NCBI GenBank assembly: GCA_963699485.1
Contig: CAVOUC010000018.1
Location: forward strand, 11,056 to 75,055
From: an uncultured Alphaproteobacteria bacterium
Lineage (GTDB): Bacteria; Pseudomonadota; Alphaproteobacteria; Rhizobiales; Hyphomicrobiaceae
DNA length: 64,000 nucleotides
Direction: 5' to 3'
Position 1 is the stretch's first letter, and every line of letters begins with the position of its first letter. This document shows, in pieces, positions 17,883-29,466 of the stretch. A model generated the notes under the pieces. That model was not told the DNA's origin. It saw nothing but the letters and a program-made list of their open reading frames with translations, and searched no databases. A program made the translations under genes and the position numbers.

Positions 17883-18264
17883 ACAAAGAAGAGCCGGAGC
17901 AGCGGCAGCTCCGGCCCTTCCGACAAGCACTGCGGGGCCGCTCGAGCGCGGTTGCTCAGACCGCCGGGAGCCGCCCGTTTCAACACTGCGACACGAACCA
18001 GCACCGGCAACACGCCGCCTCGAGGCGGCGAGCGCACTTGCGCCAAGTCTGCCTCCCTTCGTCCGGCGCATCGCACTTAAGCCTCATTATCTGCGTCGCC
18101 AGAATCTTCCAATCAAATAAGGGGCAACGGGCTATTGTCGGCGAGCTCACCTCCTCTTACAGAGAGGGCTCGGCGCAGGGGCCCGCCTCCCGCGGGCTCG
18201 AGTTGCTCATGCTATCGTCTTGAATTTGCGGGTGCCTGCGACGGCTCTCGCAATCGCTGCATCC

Positions 18265-19362
18265 ATGTCACACAACACGTTCGGACATCTCTTCCGCGTC
18301 ACGACCTGGGGTGAAAGCCACGGCCCCGCCATCGGCTGCGTGGTCGACGGCTGCCCGCCGGGCCTGCCGCTCGCCGCCACCGACATCCAGGAGTACCTCG
18401 ACAAGCGGCGCCCCGGCCAGTCGCGGTTCACGACCCAGCGCAAGGAGCCCGACGCGGTCGAGATCCTTTCCGGCGTGTTCGAGGACGAGGCCGGCCGCGA
18501 CGTCACCACTGGCGCGCCCATTTCGCTTTTGATCCGCAACGTCGATACCCGAAGCAAGGACTACTCCGACATCAAGGACAAGTTTCGCCCCGGGCATGCG
18601 GACTATACCTACTGGGCAAAGTACGGCATCCGCGACTACCGGGGCGGAGGGCGCTCCTCGGCGCGGGAGACGGCGGCGCGCGTCGCGGCCGGCGCCATCG
18701 CGCGCAAGGTCCTCGCCGGCGTCACCATCCGCGGCGCGCTGGTGCAGATCGGCGAGAAGCCGGTCGACCGCTCGCGATGGGACTGGGACACGGTCGACGC
18801 CAACCCGTTCTTCTGCCCTGACACCGGCATGGTTCCCGAGTGGGAGCATTATCTCGATGCCATACGCAAGGGCGGGTCTTCGATTGGCGCCATCATCGAG
18901 GTTGTGGCCGAAGGCGTGCCCGCCGGGCTCGGCGCCCCCGTCTACGGCAAGCTCGATCAGGACTTGGCCTCGGCCATGATGAGCATCAACGCGGTGAAGG
19001 GGGTCGAGATCGGCGCCGGCATGGCGTCGGCCGAGCTCACGGGCGAAGCCAACGCCGACGAGATTCGCATGGGCTCCGACGGCAAGCCGCGCTTTCTTTC
19101 CAATCACGCTGGCGGAATTCTCGGCGGCATCTCCACCGGCCAGCCGGTCGTGTGCCGGTTCGCGGTGAAGCCCACCTCCTCGATCCTGACCCCGCGCCAG
19201 ACCATCGACACGCACGGGGAGGAGACCGAGATCGTGACCAAGGGCCGCCACGACCCGTGCGTCGGCATTCGCGCCGTCCCCGTCGGCGAGGCGATGATGG
19301 CGATCGTGCTCGCCGACCACCTCTTGCGCCACCGCGCTCAGTGCGGCGGGGCGAGGCCTTAG
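18265..19362 (+). CDS. aroC: Chorismate synthase
   Basis: [54 protein letters not shown]. Confidence 0.98.
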   Translation: MSHNTFGHLFRVTTWGESHGPAIGCVVDGCPPGLPLAATDIQEYLDKRRPGQSRFTTQRKEPDAVEILSGVFEDEAGRDVTTGAPISLLIRNVDTRSKDYSDIKDKFRPGHADYTYWAKYGIRDYRGGGRSSARETAARVAAGAIARKVLAGVTIRGALVQIGEKPVDRSRWDWDTVDANPFFCPDTGMVPEWEHYLDAIRKGGSSIGAIIEVVAEGVPAGLGAPVYGKLDQDLASAMMSINAVKGVEIGAGMASAELTGEANADEIRMGSDGKPRFLSNHAGGILGGISTGQPVVCRFAVKPTSSILTPRQTIDTHGEETEIVTKGRHDPCVGIRAVPVGEAMMAIVLADHLLRHRAQCGGARP

Positions 19363-19368
19363 CCCTCC

Positions 19369-21042
19369 TCAGGCCGCGCGAATGCCGGCGAGGAACCGCT
19401 CGACCTCGGACCGCAGAGCGGCGGCCTGGTCGGAGACATTGCGCGCGGCGATGAAAACCTGGCTCGCTCCCGCCGTCGAGCTCTCGGTCGAATGAGCGAC
19501 GCCGCTGATGTTGCGGGCAACCTCCGAAGTGCCGATCGACGCCTGCTTGACGCTCTCGGCAATCGACTGCGTCACTGCCCCCTGCTGCTCGACGGCGCTG
19601 GCAATCGCACCCGAGATGGCGTTCATCTCGTTGATCGTCGCGGCAATCCCGGTGACGAAGGCCGACGCCTGCCCCGTCGACGATTGGATCGCCGTGATCT
19701 GGTCGTTGATCTCCTCGGTCGCCTTGGCGGTCTGCTCCGACAGCATCTTCACTTCCTGGGCGACCACCGCGAATCCGCGCCCGGCTTCCCCGGCCCGCGC
19801 CGCCTCGATCGTGGCGTTGAGCGCGAGAAGGTTGGTCTGGCTGGCCACTCCCCTGATCAGCTCGACGATCGTTCCCACGTGCGAGGCCGCTTCGGTCAGG
19901 TTCCGCATGAGCGCCGTCGTTTGAGTGGCCTGCGTGGAGGCTTCGTTCGCGACCCGGCTCGCCTGGTGGACCTGGGTCGAGATCTCGCGGATGGCGGCCG
20001 AGAGCTGATTGGCGGAGTCGGCCACGGTGTGCACGCTGGCCGAGGCCTCCTCGGAGGCTGTCGCCACCGCGGTCGACTGTGCGCTCACCCCCTTGGCCGA
20101 CCCGGTCAATGCTTCCGCCGTCGAGCTGAGCTCGCTCGACGCCTTCGTCACCGTTCCGATGATCGTGCCGACCGCTCGCTCGAAGGACTGTGCCAGATCG
20201 AAAAGCCGCTGTGCGCGTGCCGACTTGGCCCGGGAATCGGCAGCGGCTGCCTCGTCTGCGCGCCGCTGGCTGATGAGGGCGTCCTTGAAGACGCGCAGCG
20301 TCTTCGCCATGTCGCCGATCTCGTCCGTGCGCTCGCCGAAGGGTATCGATGTGGAAAGGTCGCCCCTGGCCAAGCTGTCCATGGCGGCGGTGATGCGGCC
20401 GATGGGTGCGACCAGGCGCTTCTCGAGGCCGACGAACGCGGCAATGAGCAATGCGAGCATGAGCGCGGACACGGTCATAACCGCTACCGTAATGATCGTG
20501 TCCCGGGTACCTGCATCGGATTCGGTTTCCGCTATGAAGCGGTTGGCGCCCTGCACGGTCTCGTCGATCCGCGCGCGGTGGTCCTCGTAGGCTTGAGCGA
20601 GCTGAGCGTAGGCGGCGCGAGCGCCATCCAAATCGCCCTTCGCAAGCGCCGGAAGAAATGCATTCTCGGTGATCTCCCAGAAGCGCATCGCCGGCTCGTG
20701 CGCGCTCTCCGTCAGCGCGGCCCTGACGGCCGGGTCGAAATTCTGATCGAGCCAGTATTGATGGCGGGTATCGTAGTCCTTGCGCAGGACCTCGAGCCGC
20801 TCGCGGCGCGCCTCGACCGATTTGGGATCGGCGAGCGCGAGCGTCACCTCGAGATAGGATTCGAGGATGTACTCGGGCGGCGGCAGGATGTCCGCGACGA
20901 GGTCTTTGCCGAGAACGATCTGCCGATAAATATCGCCGCCGACCTTGAGCGTGTGGAGCGCGTATTGGGTCGTGGCCAGCATCACGAGGCAGCCCGCGAC
21001 GAGCACCCCGCCGGCGATCTTGGACAAGGTTCTGAATTTCAT
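19369..21042 (-). CDS. Methyl-accepting chemotaxis protein
   Basis: Two TM segments, HAMP (RTDEIGDMA), MCP signature [34 protein letters not shown] (VASQTNL here). Confidence 0.95.
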   Translation of the reverse strand: MKFRTLSKIAGGVLVAGCLVMLATTQYALHTLKVGGDIYRQIVLGKDLVADILPPPEYILESYLEVTLALADPKSVEARRERLEVLRKDYDTRHQYWLDQNFDPAVRAALTESAHEPAMRFWEITENAFLPALAKGDLDGARAAYAQLAQAYEDHRARIDETVQGANRFIAETESDAGTRDTIITVAVMTVSALMLALLIAAFVGLEKRLVAPIGRITAAMDSLARGDLSTSIPFGERTDEIGDMAKTLRVFKDALISQRRADEAAAADSRAKSARAQRLFDLAQSFERAVGTIIGTVTKASSELSSTAEALTGSAKGVSAQSTAVATASEEASASVHTVADSANQLSAAIREISTQVHQASRVANEASTQATQTTALMRNLTEAASHVGTIVELIRGVASQTNLLALNATIEAARAGEAGRGFAVVAQEVKMLSEQTAKATEEINDQITAIQSSTGQASAFVTGIAATINEMNAISGAIASAVEQQGAVTQSIAESVKQASIGTSEVARNISGVAHSTESSTAGASQVFIAARNVSDQAAALRSEVERFLAGIRAA

Positions 21043-21226
21043 GGGTATCCCGCCGAGAAGCCGAATCACTTGAGAAGCGTAGACGCGAGCCTTTGAGCCT
21101 TTATTAATTTGGTTTGAAACTTTGGCTTGCCCTCACCTCCACGCCTTCTCGATATCTATCCGCGCCCCAATGAGATTCCGGCTTGCTCGCCGGAATCCCA
21201 AGGCGCTTCCTCTCGTAGGAGAGGGA

Positions 21227-22030
21227 TCAGCTCGCCGGCGCCGTCGCTGCGAGAAGCGGGAGCAATCCTTTGACGATGGCGCCGTTGCCCGCGACGATGT
21301 CGCCGGTCTCGAGCATAGCGTCGCCCCCTGCCGCGTCGCTCGCGATGCCGCCCGCCTCGCGCAGGATGACGATCCCCGCGGCGAGGTCCCACGGTTTGAG
21401 ATCGCGCTCCCAATATCCGTCGAAGCGTCCCGCCGCGGTCCAGGCGAGATCGAGGGCTGCCGAGCCCGTGCGGCGCAGCCCCGCGACCTCGCGCATGATG
21501 TTCTCGATCTCGCGCAGGAATCTCTCATGACCGGGCCGGCCGCGGTGGGGAACGCCCATGGCGATGACGGCGTCGGCGAGCGTCTTGCGGGCGGCGACGC
21601 GTAGGCGGCGCTTGTCGTTGAGGTAGGCGCCCTTGCCCTTCTCCGCCGTGAACATCTCGTCGCTCACCGGGTTGTAGATGAGCCCGGCCACGAGGTCGCC
21701 CTCGCGCTCGAGACCGATCGAGATGGAAAAGAGGGGAATGCCGTGCAGGAAGTTCGTGGTGCCGTCGAGGGGATCGACGATCCAGCGGTGCGTCTTGTCG
21801 ACGCCGTCGACCGCGCCTCGCTCCTCCATGAGAAAGCCGTAGCCGGGCCGGGCCCTCGAAAGCTCGGTGAAGATGATCTCCTCGGCCCTGTGATCGGCGG
21901 CCGAGACGAAGTTCGCCGGCCCCTTGACCGAGACCTGAAGCTGCTCGACCTCGCCGAAGTCGCGCGCGAGCGAGCGGGCCGCCTTGCGGGCAGCGGCCGT
22001 CATGACGTTCATGAGCGCGGAGGCGGGCAT
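21227..22030 (-). CDS. suhB: Inositol monophosphatase family protein SuhB
   Basis: FVSAADHRAE, WIVDPLDGTTNF, RRTGSAALDLAW, WDLAAG. Confidence 0.95.
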   Translation of the reverse strand: MPASALMNVMTAAARKAARSLARDFGEVEQLQVSVKGPANFVSAADHRAEEIIFTELSRARPGYGFLMEERGAVDGVDKTHRWIVDPLDGTTNFLHGIPLFSISIGLEREGDLVAGLIYNPVSDEMFTAEKGKGAYLNDKRRLRVAARKTLADAVIAMGVPHRGRPGHERFLREIENIMREVAGLRRTGSAALDLAWTAAGRFDGYWERDLKPWDLAAGIVILREAGGIASDAAGGDAMLETGDIVAGNGAIVKGLLPLLAATAPAS

Positions 22031-22115
22031 CGGGGGCCTGCGGAAGGTCTCGCGGTTCCCCTATAGGCTCGCGCGTCCCCTGGCAAGGGCGGGGCATGGC
22101 AAGCCGATCATGAGC

Positions 22116-23129
22116 TTACGGGCCGAGTTGCGATTTCTCCCGCCAGGCGTAGGCGGCCTTCTCGGCCTTGAGCCGGTCGGCGTCGGGAAGGGCCGCGACG
22201 AAGAGGTCGAGCTTGTCGTCCTCGAGCCCGGCGGTCTTGGCGATGAGCCTCCACTTCGCGGCCTCGACGGGATCGCGCGCGACGCCGGCGCCTTCGGCAT
22301 AGACATGGCCCAGGCGATTCTGGGCACCGGCGACGCCCTTCTCGGCGGCGGCCTTGAGATAGCCGACCGCCTTCGACTCGTCGGCCTTGAGCCCGCGCCC
22401 CTGGAGCAGCATCACCGCGTACTCGAACTGAGCGGCGGGAAGCCCTTGCGCGGCGGCCTTCGCACTCCAGCGCGCCGCCTCGAGTGCGTCGTAGGGGACC
22501 CCGCGGCCCTGCTGGTAGAGCGCGGCGAGATCGTACTGCGCGGCGGCGATGCCTTTCTCCGCCGCGTACTCGATGTGCTTCGCCCCGCGATAGGGGTTTT
22601 CGGGCTTGCCGTCGCCTCGCAAGAACAGAAGCCCGAGATTGTAGTTGGCGACCGGGTCGCCGGCCTTGGCCGCGCGCTCGAACATGTCGGCGGCAGCGGC
22701 GCGGTCCTTCTCGACGCCGCGTCCCTCGGCCAGCATCGTTCCCAGCGCCACCATGGCTGGAACGTCGCCGAGTTCTGCCGCGCGGGCGTACCAGCGCGCT
22801 GCGGTAACGTCGTCCTTCGCAACGCCGAGGCCTTCGGCATAGATGCGGGCGACGAGCGTGTGGGCTTGCGGATCGCCGCGGCCGGCAGCGGCCTCGGCCA
22901 GCGACAGCGCGGTCATGTACCGGCCCTGGTCGAAGGCGATGTAGGCCGCGTCGTCCTCGGCCGGTTTGGCCTTGCCCTGCGCGGGAGCGCTTGCCGGAGC
23001 CTCCGGCTTCGGCTGCGGCGCATTTGCGGCCAGCCACGCCGGCATGGGGAGCGCACCCGTCACCGCAAGCACTGCCGCGCCGGCGAGGACGGCTGCGACC
23101 AAGCCAAACGCGATGAGGCGTCCTGTCAC
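22116..23129 (-). CDS. Sel1-repeat protein with N-terminal membrane anchor/signal
   Basis: GTG start overlapping the upstream stop; repeated Y/L-x-x-G-x-GV...A-x-x-W/Y Sel1 units. Confidence 0.88.
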   Translation of the reverse strand: MTGRLIAFGLVAAVLAGAAVLAVTGALPMPAWLAANAPQPKPEAPASAPAQGKAKPAEDDAAYIAFDQGRYMTALSLAEAAAGRGDPQAHTLVARIYAEGLGVAKDDVTAARWYARAAELGDVPAMVALGTMLAEGRGVEKDRAAAADMFERAAKAGDPVANYNLGLLFLRGDGKPENPYRGAKHIEYAAEKGIAAAQYDLAALYQQGRGVPYDALEAARWSAKAAAQGLPAAQFEYAVMLLQGRGLKADESKAVGYLKAAAEKGVAGAQNRLGHVYAEGAGVARDPVEAAKWRLIAKTAGLEDDKLDLFVAALPDADRLKAEKAAYAWREKSQLGP

Positions 23130-23773
23130 CCTGTTGCTCCTCGGCCCTCGACCGGCGCGCCGGCAAGCGCCCGAGCGATCTCGGCGATGTCGGGACCTTG
23201 GGCGGGCGTCCATCGGACGGCGACGAAATCGGCGCCGGCGTCTGCGAGCGAGCGCGCCTCGTCCGCATCCTCGACGTCGAAGGCGACGACCGGCACCTCG
23301 AAGATCTCCGCCCACCATGCGACGAGATCGCGGCGGCGCGCGCGCGCCTTGTCGCGGTCGCCGACATGGGCCGGAATGCCGAAGCCCACGTAGTCGGCTC
23401 CCGCCTCCCCGGCGCACATCGCCTCATGGCGCGAGCGCCCCGCGTCGATTCCGACGATGGACCTTGGCCCGATGGCCTTGCGGACGGTCTCATAGTCGCC
23501 GAGCGCGTGCTCGCGCCAGGAGAGATGCACGCCGTCGGCGCCGACTGCTGCAGCGAGTGCCGCGTCGTCCTCGATCAGCGCGGCAATGCCCCGCTTCTGG
23601 ATGGAAGCAACAAGGCTCCTCACGGCCTCGCGCGGGGCATCGGCCGACGGAGCGAGAATGATCGTCGCCACGTCGATGGCGCCGAGCGGACCCGCAAGCG
23701 TGCTCTCGGTCGGGGCGTTCGAGCCGGCGTCGATCACGAGACACAGCCGCGGCGCCGTCCGTTCGAGCGGCAT
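23126..23773 (-). CDS. Thiamine-phosphate synthase-like TIM-barrel protein
   Basis: GADGVHL, SRHEAMCAGEAGADYVGFG, DLVAWWAEIFEVPVV; usual neighbour of sel1-suhB in Rhizobiales. Confidence 0.8.
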   Translation of the reverse strand: MPLERTAPRLCLVIDAGSNAPTESTLAGPLGAIDVATIILAPSADAPREAVRSLVASIQKRGIAALIEDDAALAAAVGADGVHLSWREHALGDYETVRKAIGPRSIVGIDAGRSRHEAMCAGEAGADYVGFGIPAHVGDRDKARARRRDLVAWWAEIFEVPVVAFDVEDADEARSLADAGADFVAVRWTPAQGPDIAEIARALAGAPVEGRGATG

Positions 23774-24015
23774 ATCTCCTCGCCGTCAGTGAAAATGTGA
23801 AGCCGCGTCGCTATCGATCGCGATTGAGGCAGAATAGAGACACCTCCGCAAGGCGCAATTGCTTGCCAGAGCCCGCAGAATCCTGCGATTCTGCGCATGA
23901 TCAACCGTCGCAGAGCGGCCACATTCGGGCAAGAAATCGCCATGTTGCCTCGACATTCTGCTCGCCAAATCCATATGCGGCGCCAGGGACCGTCAACTCA
24001 CGGGGAGCGAGATCA

Positions 24016-26031
24016 ATGCTGAGAGACCTGCTGACCGCGGCCCAGGCCCTCGTCGTCGTGGCCGCGGTAGGCGCAACTCTCGCCGCGCCCGAGCCTTCGT
24101 TTGCGCAGCATCCCAGTGCGACCGCCAAGAACGCCGCTGCGCCGGCCGTGGCACGCGGCACAACGGCGCCCGCCGCTCCGGTGACGACGGGGACCGTTAG
24201 CCCCGCAAGCCCGCCGCCGGCGGCGGGCACCGCCACAGCAACACAAACTCCGGCGGGCGCTGCCGCACCGATGCCAGCCGCAGCGCCGGTCGCTCCGGCC
24301 GACCCCATTGTCGCCGCGCTGCGCACAAGGCTTGCCGATGCAGCCTTCGCGGGAAAGTCGAACAAGGATGACGTCGACGCGCTCGTCGCGTTCTATGGCG
24401 AGCGCACCGGTCCCCCGCTCTGGGTCGACAAGGACGGTGTCACGGCCCGCGGCAAGGCGATCATCGCGGAAATCGGCAAGGCGGACGACTGGGGTCTCGT
24501 CGCCTCCGCGTTCGATCTTCCTAGCGCGACGCCTAGCCAGCTGACGCCCGAGGCCCTGGCCGAGACCGAGGGCAAGCTCGCCCTTGCAGCCCTGAAGTAC
24601 GCCCGCTTTGCCCGCGGCGGCCGGTTCAACCCGTCCTCGCTGTCGCGCATCCTCGACCAGACGCCGCCCGTCAAGGATCCGAAGGAGGTCCTCGCCGAGC
24701 TCGAGAAGCGCGACGATGGCGACGCCTACTTGCGCTCGCTCCATCCCAAGCACGAGCAGTTCGTGCGTCTGCGCCAGGTCCTGCTCAAGGCGCGCGGCGG
24801 ACCGGTGGAGAAGGAGGCGCCGGTCGACGAGGCGCTCCGCGTCAAGCTGCCGGCCGGCAAGACCCTCAAGACCGGCGCCGACGACCCGGCCGTCGCGCTT
24901 TTGAGAAAGCGGCTCAAGATCGAGACCGCCGCCGGCACCAAGGAGACCCTTTTCGACGAACAGGTCGCCGACGCCGTCAAGGCTTTCCAAGGAGCCAAGG
25001 GCCTCAGGCAATCGGGATCCTTGAACGGCGCGACGCGCGCCGCCCTCAACGCCGAGGGAGAGCCGAAGAAGAAGGTGAGCATCAGCGAGGACACGCAGCG
25101 CATCCTTATCAACATGGAGCGCTGGCGCTGGATGCCGGAGGAGCTCGGCAACCTTTACGTATGGGATAATGTGCCGGAGTTCGTGACGCGGGTGGTCAAG
25201 GGCGGGAAGGAGATCTTCAGAGAAAAGATCGTCGTCGGCGAGCCGGCCTGGGCGACGCCGACGTTCTCGGCCAAGATGGAGTTCGTCACCTTCAGTCCGT
25301 CATGGGGCGTCCCGGACGGGATCAAGCAGCGCGAGCTTCTGCCTCGCCTGCGGAGCGCGTCCGGCGGCTTCTTCTTCTTCGGCGGCGGAGGCGGCGATGT
25401 GCTGCGCGCTTACGGCCTCACCGCCTATCGCAATGGCAAGCCCGTAGATCCCGACAGCGTCGACTGGGGCAACGTCGACATCCGCGCCTACAGCTTCGTG
25501 CAGCCGCCAGGCGGCAAGAACCCGCTCGGCTTCGTCAAGTTCCGCTTCCCGAACAAGCACGACGTCTACATGCACGATACCGTCCAGCGCGAGCTTTTCG
25601 CCGAGTCCTACCGCGCGCTGTCGCATGGGTGCATGCGCGTGCAGAACCCGCGCCGCCTTGCCGAGATCATCCTCGCAGAGGACAAGGGCTGGTCGTCAGC
25701 TCAAGTGGGCAACGCAATCGCATCCGGGCAGGACGTGGCCCTCGACCATCCGATTCCGACGCACGTCACCTATTTCACGGCGACGGTCGACGATAACGGC
25801 AGAGTGCAGACGTTTGCCGACATTTACGGCCACGACAGCCGGCTTGCCGCCGCCATGACCGGGCGAGCGGTCCGCTTCGACTCGGAGGTCGAGACGTCGT
25901 CCGCCGACGATGGCGGCTTCGCATCGCCCGGCTTTGCAACGCCGGCCGTCGGGCCCGGCAACAAGAAAAAGAAGATCTACAAGGCCCCGGAAAACCTGGC
26001 AGATGCCATTTCCGGTCTCCTCTCGAACTGA
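24016..26031 (+). CDS. L,D-transpeptidase (YcbB/LdtD-like) with scaffold and peptidoglycan-binding domains
   Basis: Signal peptide, Ala/Pro/Thr linker, NMERWRW, NPLGFVKFRFPNKHDVYMHDT, SHGCMRV catalytic motif. Confidence 0.92.
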   Translation: MLRDLLTAAQALVVVAAVGATLAAPEPSFAQHPSATAKNAAAPAVARGTTAPAAPVTTGTVSPASPPPAAGTATATQTPAGAAAPMPAAAPVAPADPIVAALRTRLADAAFAGKSNKDDVDALVAFYGERTGPPLWVDKDGVTARGKAIIAEIGKADDWGLVASAFDLPSATPSQLTPEALAETEGKLALAALKYARFARGGRFNPSSLSRILDQTPPVKDPKEVLAELEKRDDGDAYLRSLHPKHEQFVRLRQVLLKARGGPVEKEAPVDEALRVKLPAGKTLKTGADDPAVALLRKRLKIETAAGTKETLFDEQVADAVKAFQGAKGLRQSGSLNGATRAALNAEGEPKKKVSISEDTQRILINMERWRWMPEELGNLYVWDNVPEFVTRVVKGGKEIFREKIVVGEPAWATPTFSAKMEFVTFSPSWGVPDGIKQRELLPRLRSASGGFFFFGGGGGDVLRAYGLTAYRNGKPVDPDSVDWGNVDIRAYSFVQPPGGKNPLGFVKFRFPNKHDVYMHDTVQRELFAESYRALSHGCMRVQNPRRLAEIILAEDKGWSSAQVGNAIASGQDVALDHPIPTHVTYFTATVDDNGRVQTFADIYGHDSRLAAAMTGRAVRFDSEVETSSADDGGFASPGFATPAVGPGNKKKKIYKAPENLADAISGLLSN

Positions 26032-26262
26032 ACCATTGGTTCGCCGGCCGGTGCAGACAAGGCGCGACGAGGGGGGCTCGCCGCGCCTTGCTGATCCGTC
26101 TCCGGCCGGTCATCCAGAGACGAGAATCGCCAATCCTTCGGGCATGCATTCCGGCCGCAGCATGCGCTACGACTATTGCTTCGGAGAACGCAGTCCCACG
26201 GCGTAAGAAACGCCGCGGCGCGCGCCGGGTTCCAGGCCGTACAAAGATTTTTCCGGCGCCCG

Positions 26263-27297
26263 TCAGGCGGCTCTTTCGAGCCCCGCGCTCCATTTGCCAA
26301 GCGCCGCCAGGCCGTTCATGCGCGCGCGGTGAGCAAAAGCGCGCTGGCCGGCCGCCACGTTCTCGGGCCTGCCGCCCCACGCCTTCAGGGCTGACGCCTG
26401 CAGTGCGCGCCCGTAGGAGAAGGTGAGCGACCACGGCGTGGGCCCCATCGCGTTCATGAGCGACAGGTGCTCGGTAGCGGCCTCGTCCGATTGTCCCCCC
26501 GACAGGAACGCGATGCCGGGGACGGAAGCCGGCACCGTCGCCTTGAGGCACTTCAACGTCTTCTCCGCCACCTCGCGCGCAGACGCCTGCTTAGGGCACT
26601 TCTGACCGCTGATCACCATGTTGGGCTTCAGCACCATGCCCTCGAGATTGACCCGCGCGTCGTAGAGCTCGCGGAACACCGTGCGCAGCGTCCACTCTGT
26701 CACGCGGTAGCACTCGTCGATGTCGTGGGCGGAGTGCTCGCCGTCCATCAGCACCTCCGGCTCGACGATCGGCACGATGTTGGCCTCCTGGCAGAGCGCC
26801 GCGTAGCGGGCGAGCGCGTGCGCATTCGCCTTGACGGCATTCCACGTGGGGCAGCCGTCGGCGATGGTGATGACGGCGCGCCATTTCGCGAAGCGCGCAC
26901 CGAGCTTGTAGTAGTCGGCAAGGCGCTCGCGCAGCCCGTCGAGACCTTCGGTCACGGTCTCGATGTTCGAGTTGGGGCCGGCGAGGGGCTTGGCGCCCGT
27001 GTCGACCTTGATGCCGGGAATCGAGCCGGCGGCGCTAATGATCTCGGCGAGCGGCGTACCGTCCTTCGCCTTCTGGCGGATGGTCTCGTCGTAGAGGATC
27101 ACGCCCGAGATGTATCCCTTCATGGCGTCGGCGGAGCGAAACAGCATCTCGCGGTAGTCGCGGCGCGTCTCCTCCGTCGAGACGACGCTGATCTTGTCGA
27201 AGCGCTTCTTGATGGTGGCGTTGCTTTCGTCGGCGGCGAGGATGCCCTTGCCGGGCGCGACGAGCGCGCGGGCGATGTCTTCGAGCTTCTCGGTCAT
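26263..27297 (-). CDS. fba: Class I fructose-bisphosphate aldolase
   Basis: GKGILAADES, IVPIVEPEVL, LKPNMV, FSYGRALQ. Confidence 0.97.
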   Translation of the reverse strand: MTEKLEDIARALVAPGKGILAADESNATIKKRFDKISVVSTEETRRDYREMLFRSADAMKGYISGVILYDETIRQKAKDGTPLAEIISAAGSIPGIKVDTGAKPLAGPNSNIETVTEGLDGLRERLADYYKLGARFAKWRAVITIADGCPTWNAVKANAHALARYAALCQEANIVPIVEPEVLMDGEHSAHDIDECYRVTEWTLRTVFRELYDARVNLEGMVLKPNMVISGQKCPKQASAREVAEKTLKCLKATVPASVPGIAFLSGGQSDEAATEHLSLMNAMGPTPWSLTFSYGRALQASALKAWGGRPENVAAGQRAFAHRARMNGLAALGKWSAGLERAA

Positions 27298-27379
27298 GGG
27301 TTTACACTCCCTGAATGCGCCGGATGAATCTGCAGGTCCATGATCTAGCGGCCGGTCGCAGGCCTTGCCCTTTCTGTTG

Positions 27380-28387
27380 CTAGATCAGCTTGCCCATGGC
27401 AACCGCCGTATCCGCCATGCGGTTCGAAAAGCCCCATTCGTTATCGTACCACGAGAGAACGCGCACGAGCCGCCCCTCGATCACCTTCGTCTGGTCGAGG
27501 TGGAAGATCGAGGAGCGCGGATCGTGGTTGAAGTCGGACGATACGTTCGGCTGATCCGTCACGCCGAGAATTCCCTTGAGCTCTTGCGCGGCGGCCTTCT
27601 TCACTGCCGCGTTGATCTCGTCCTTGGTCGTCTCGTGGCGTGAGACGAACTTGAAATCGACCACCGAGACATTGGCCACCGGCACCCGGATGGAAGTGCC
27701 GTCGAGCTTGCCGTTGAGCTCGGGCAGCACCAGCCCGACGGCCTTGGCGGCGCCGGTCGAGGTCGGAATAAGCGACAGCGCCGCGGCGCGCCCGCGATAG
27801 AGGTCCTTGTGCAGCGTATCGAGCGTCGGCTGGTCGCCGGTGTAGGCGTGGATCGTCGTCATGAACCCCTTCTCGATGCCGACGAGATCGTTCATCACTT
27901 TCGCGACCGGGGCCAGGCAGTTGGTGGTGCACGACGCATTCGAGACGACGACGTGGTCCCTGGTCAGCTTGTCGTGATTGACGCCAAAGACGACGGTGAG
28001 ATCGACGCCATCGGCAGGGGCCGAGACGAGCACGCGCTTGGCGCCGGCCTCGATATGGGTTCTAGCCTTGTCCTTCGACGTGAAGATGCCGGTGCATTCG
28101 AGCGCGATATCGACGCCGAGCGCCTTGTGCGGCAGCTCGGCGGGATTCTTGACCGCGGTCACCTTGATCGGCCCATTGCCGATGTCGATCGTGTCGCCCT
28201 TGACGGTGACCTCTCCCGGAAACCGTCCGTGCACGCTGTCGAAGCGCAGGAGATGGGCATTGGTTTCGACGGGGCCGAGATCGTTGATGGCCACCACCTC
28301 GATGTCGGTGCGCTTGGCTTCATGGATCGCGCGCAGCACGTTGCGGCCGATGCGGCCAAACCCGTTGATCGCGACCTTGACTGCCAT
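27380..28387 (-). CDS. gap: Glyceraldehyde-3-phosphate dehydrogenase
   Basis: [32 protein letters not shown]. Confidence 0.98.
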   Translation of the reverse strand: MAVKVAINGFGRIGRNVLRAIHEAKRTDIEVVAINDLGPVETNAHLLRFDSVHGRFPGEVTVKGDTIDIGNGPIKVTAVKNPAELPHKALGVDIALECTGIFTSKDKARTHIEAGAKRVLVSAPADGVDLTVVFGVNHDKLTRDHVVVSNASCTTNCLAPVAKVMNDLVGIEKGFMTTIHAYTGDQPTLDTLHKDLYRGRAAALSLIPTSTGAAKAVGLVLPELNGKLDGTSIRVPVANVSVVDFKFVSRHETTKDEINAAVKKAAAQELKGILGVTDQPNVSSDFNHDPRSSIFHLDQTKVIEGRLVRVLSWYDNEWGFSNRMADTAVAMGKLI

Positions 28388-28693
28388 GAGCATTCTCCAA
28401 GAGCGGCTCGAGGGCGGGTCTCGAGCCCGCATGGGAACGAGGTGCCGTGCTCAGCCAATAAGCGCGCCGAAGCGCTGCGGTTCCGGCAAGAAGCGGCGCC
28501 ATTAAGTTGAGGTCGGCCAGCAATGTCAATGCGCGGAGGAATGAAGTCGTGCCTGAGACTTAACTGCCGTCAACAAAGCGCTCTCCGCCGGGGCGCTCGC
28601 GTTTCTTGCGCGTGGCACCCGGAGGACCTATTCTCCGGCCCAACGTCGAGACCGGCTCAGGGCGTGAGTCGGTACAATCAACCGGGTAAGCCA

Positions 28694-28948
28694 ATGGTTC
28701 AGCGGGAAAAAGAAAAGGCAAAGCGAGGCGCCGCGCGCGCCAAGGAGAGCACGGGTGGACATGGAGAGATCGTGCAGCGGCTGGAAGCGCGGGCGAAAGC
28801 CCTCGAGCGCGAGCGCGACGGGCTCAAGGCGGAGCTTGAAGCGGCGCGCGCGCGCATTGCTCTTCTCGAGGAGAGCGGCAGCCAAGTCGTGAACCGCATC
28901 AACTGGGTGATCAATTCGCTCAACAATCTGTCCGGCAAGACTGCGTGA
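28694..28948 (+). CDS. Coiled-coil protein upstream of zapA (DUF4164/ZapB-like position)
   Basis: Heptad-rich LEARAKALERERDGLKAELEAARARIALLEE; conserved position before zapA. Confidence 0.7.
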   Translation: MVQREKEKAKRGAARAKESTGGHGEIVQRLEARAKALERERDGLKAELEAARARIALLEESGSQVVNRINWVINSLNNLSGKTA

Positions 28949-29006
28949 CCGCTCCCGTAGTGGGACATGGCGCGCCAACGCGACCGAACGGGGAATGTGG
29001 CGGGCC

Positions 29007-29249
29007 ATGGGGGAGGTTTTTCTCACGCTTAACGGGCGCTCGTACCGTCTCGCCTGTCGCGACGGCGAGGAGCGGCGTCTCGAAGAGCTCGCCCGCTATG
29101 TCGAGCAGAAGTTCGACAGCCTCGCCGCCGAGTTCGGGCAGATCGGCGAGTCGCGGCTCCTCATGATGAGCGCGATCATGATTGCCGACGAGCTTTTCGA
29201 CGCCCGCAGCGAAGGTGAGGTGACGGATAAAGTCCGCCGCTCGTCTTGA
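29007..29249 (+). CDS. zapA: Cell division protein ZapA
   Basis: LTLNGRSYRLACRDGEERRL...SRLLMMSAIMIADELFD. Confidence 0.9.
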   Translation: MGEVFLTLNGRSYRLACRDGEERRLEELARYVEQKFDSLAAEFGQIGESRLLMMSAIMIADELFDARSEGEVTDKVRRSS

Positions 29250-29466
29250 TTTAGACCGACCTCATCCTATTTCCAAACGGCGGGCCACGCCCGCAATTCC
29301 GCGGCCGCGCAGAACCAAGGGCCGCCCGATAGCGTTATGCAATCGCAGCACGGCAAACCGTTATTGATTGCCGTATATAGCGCTCGTATTGGTCGCGATG
29401 AGGCCGAAAGGCCGCCAGTCCGCGCTCACCCGGGTTTTTCCGCGGCTGAAATCGAGGAGGAACGCC

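Noticed and set aside
21104-21118. CtrA-like site upstream of the MCP gene (TTAA-N7-TGAA)
   Set aside because: One mismatch in an AT-rich patch; too weak to call without conservation data.
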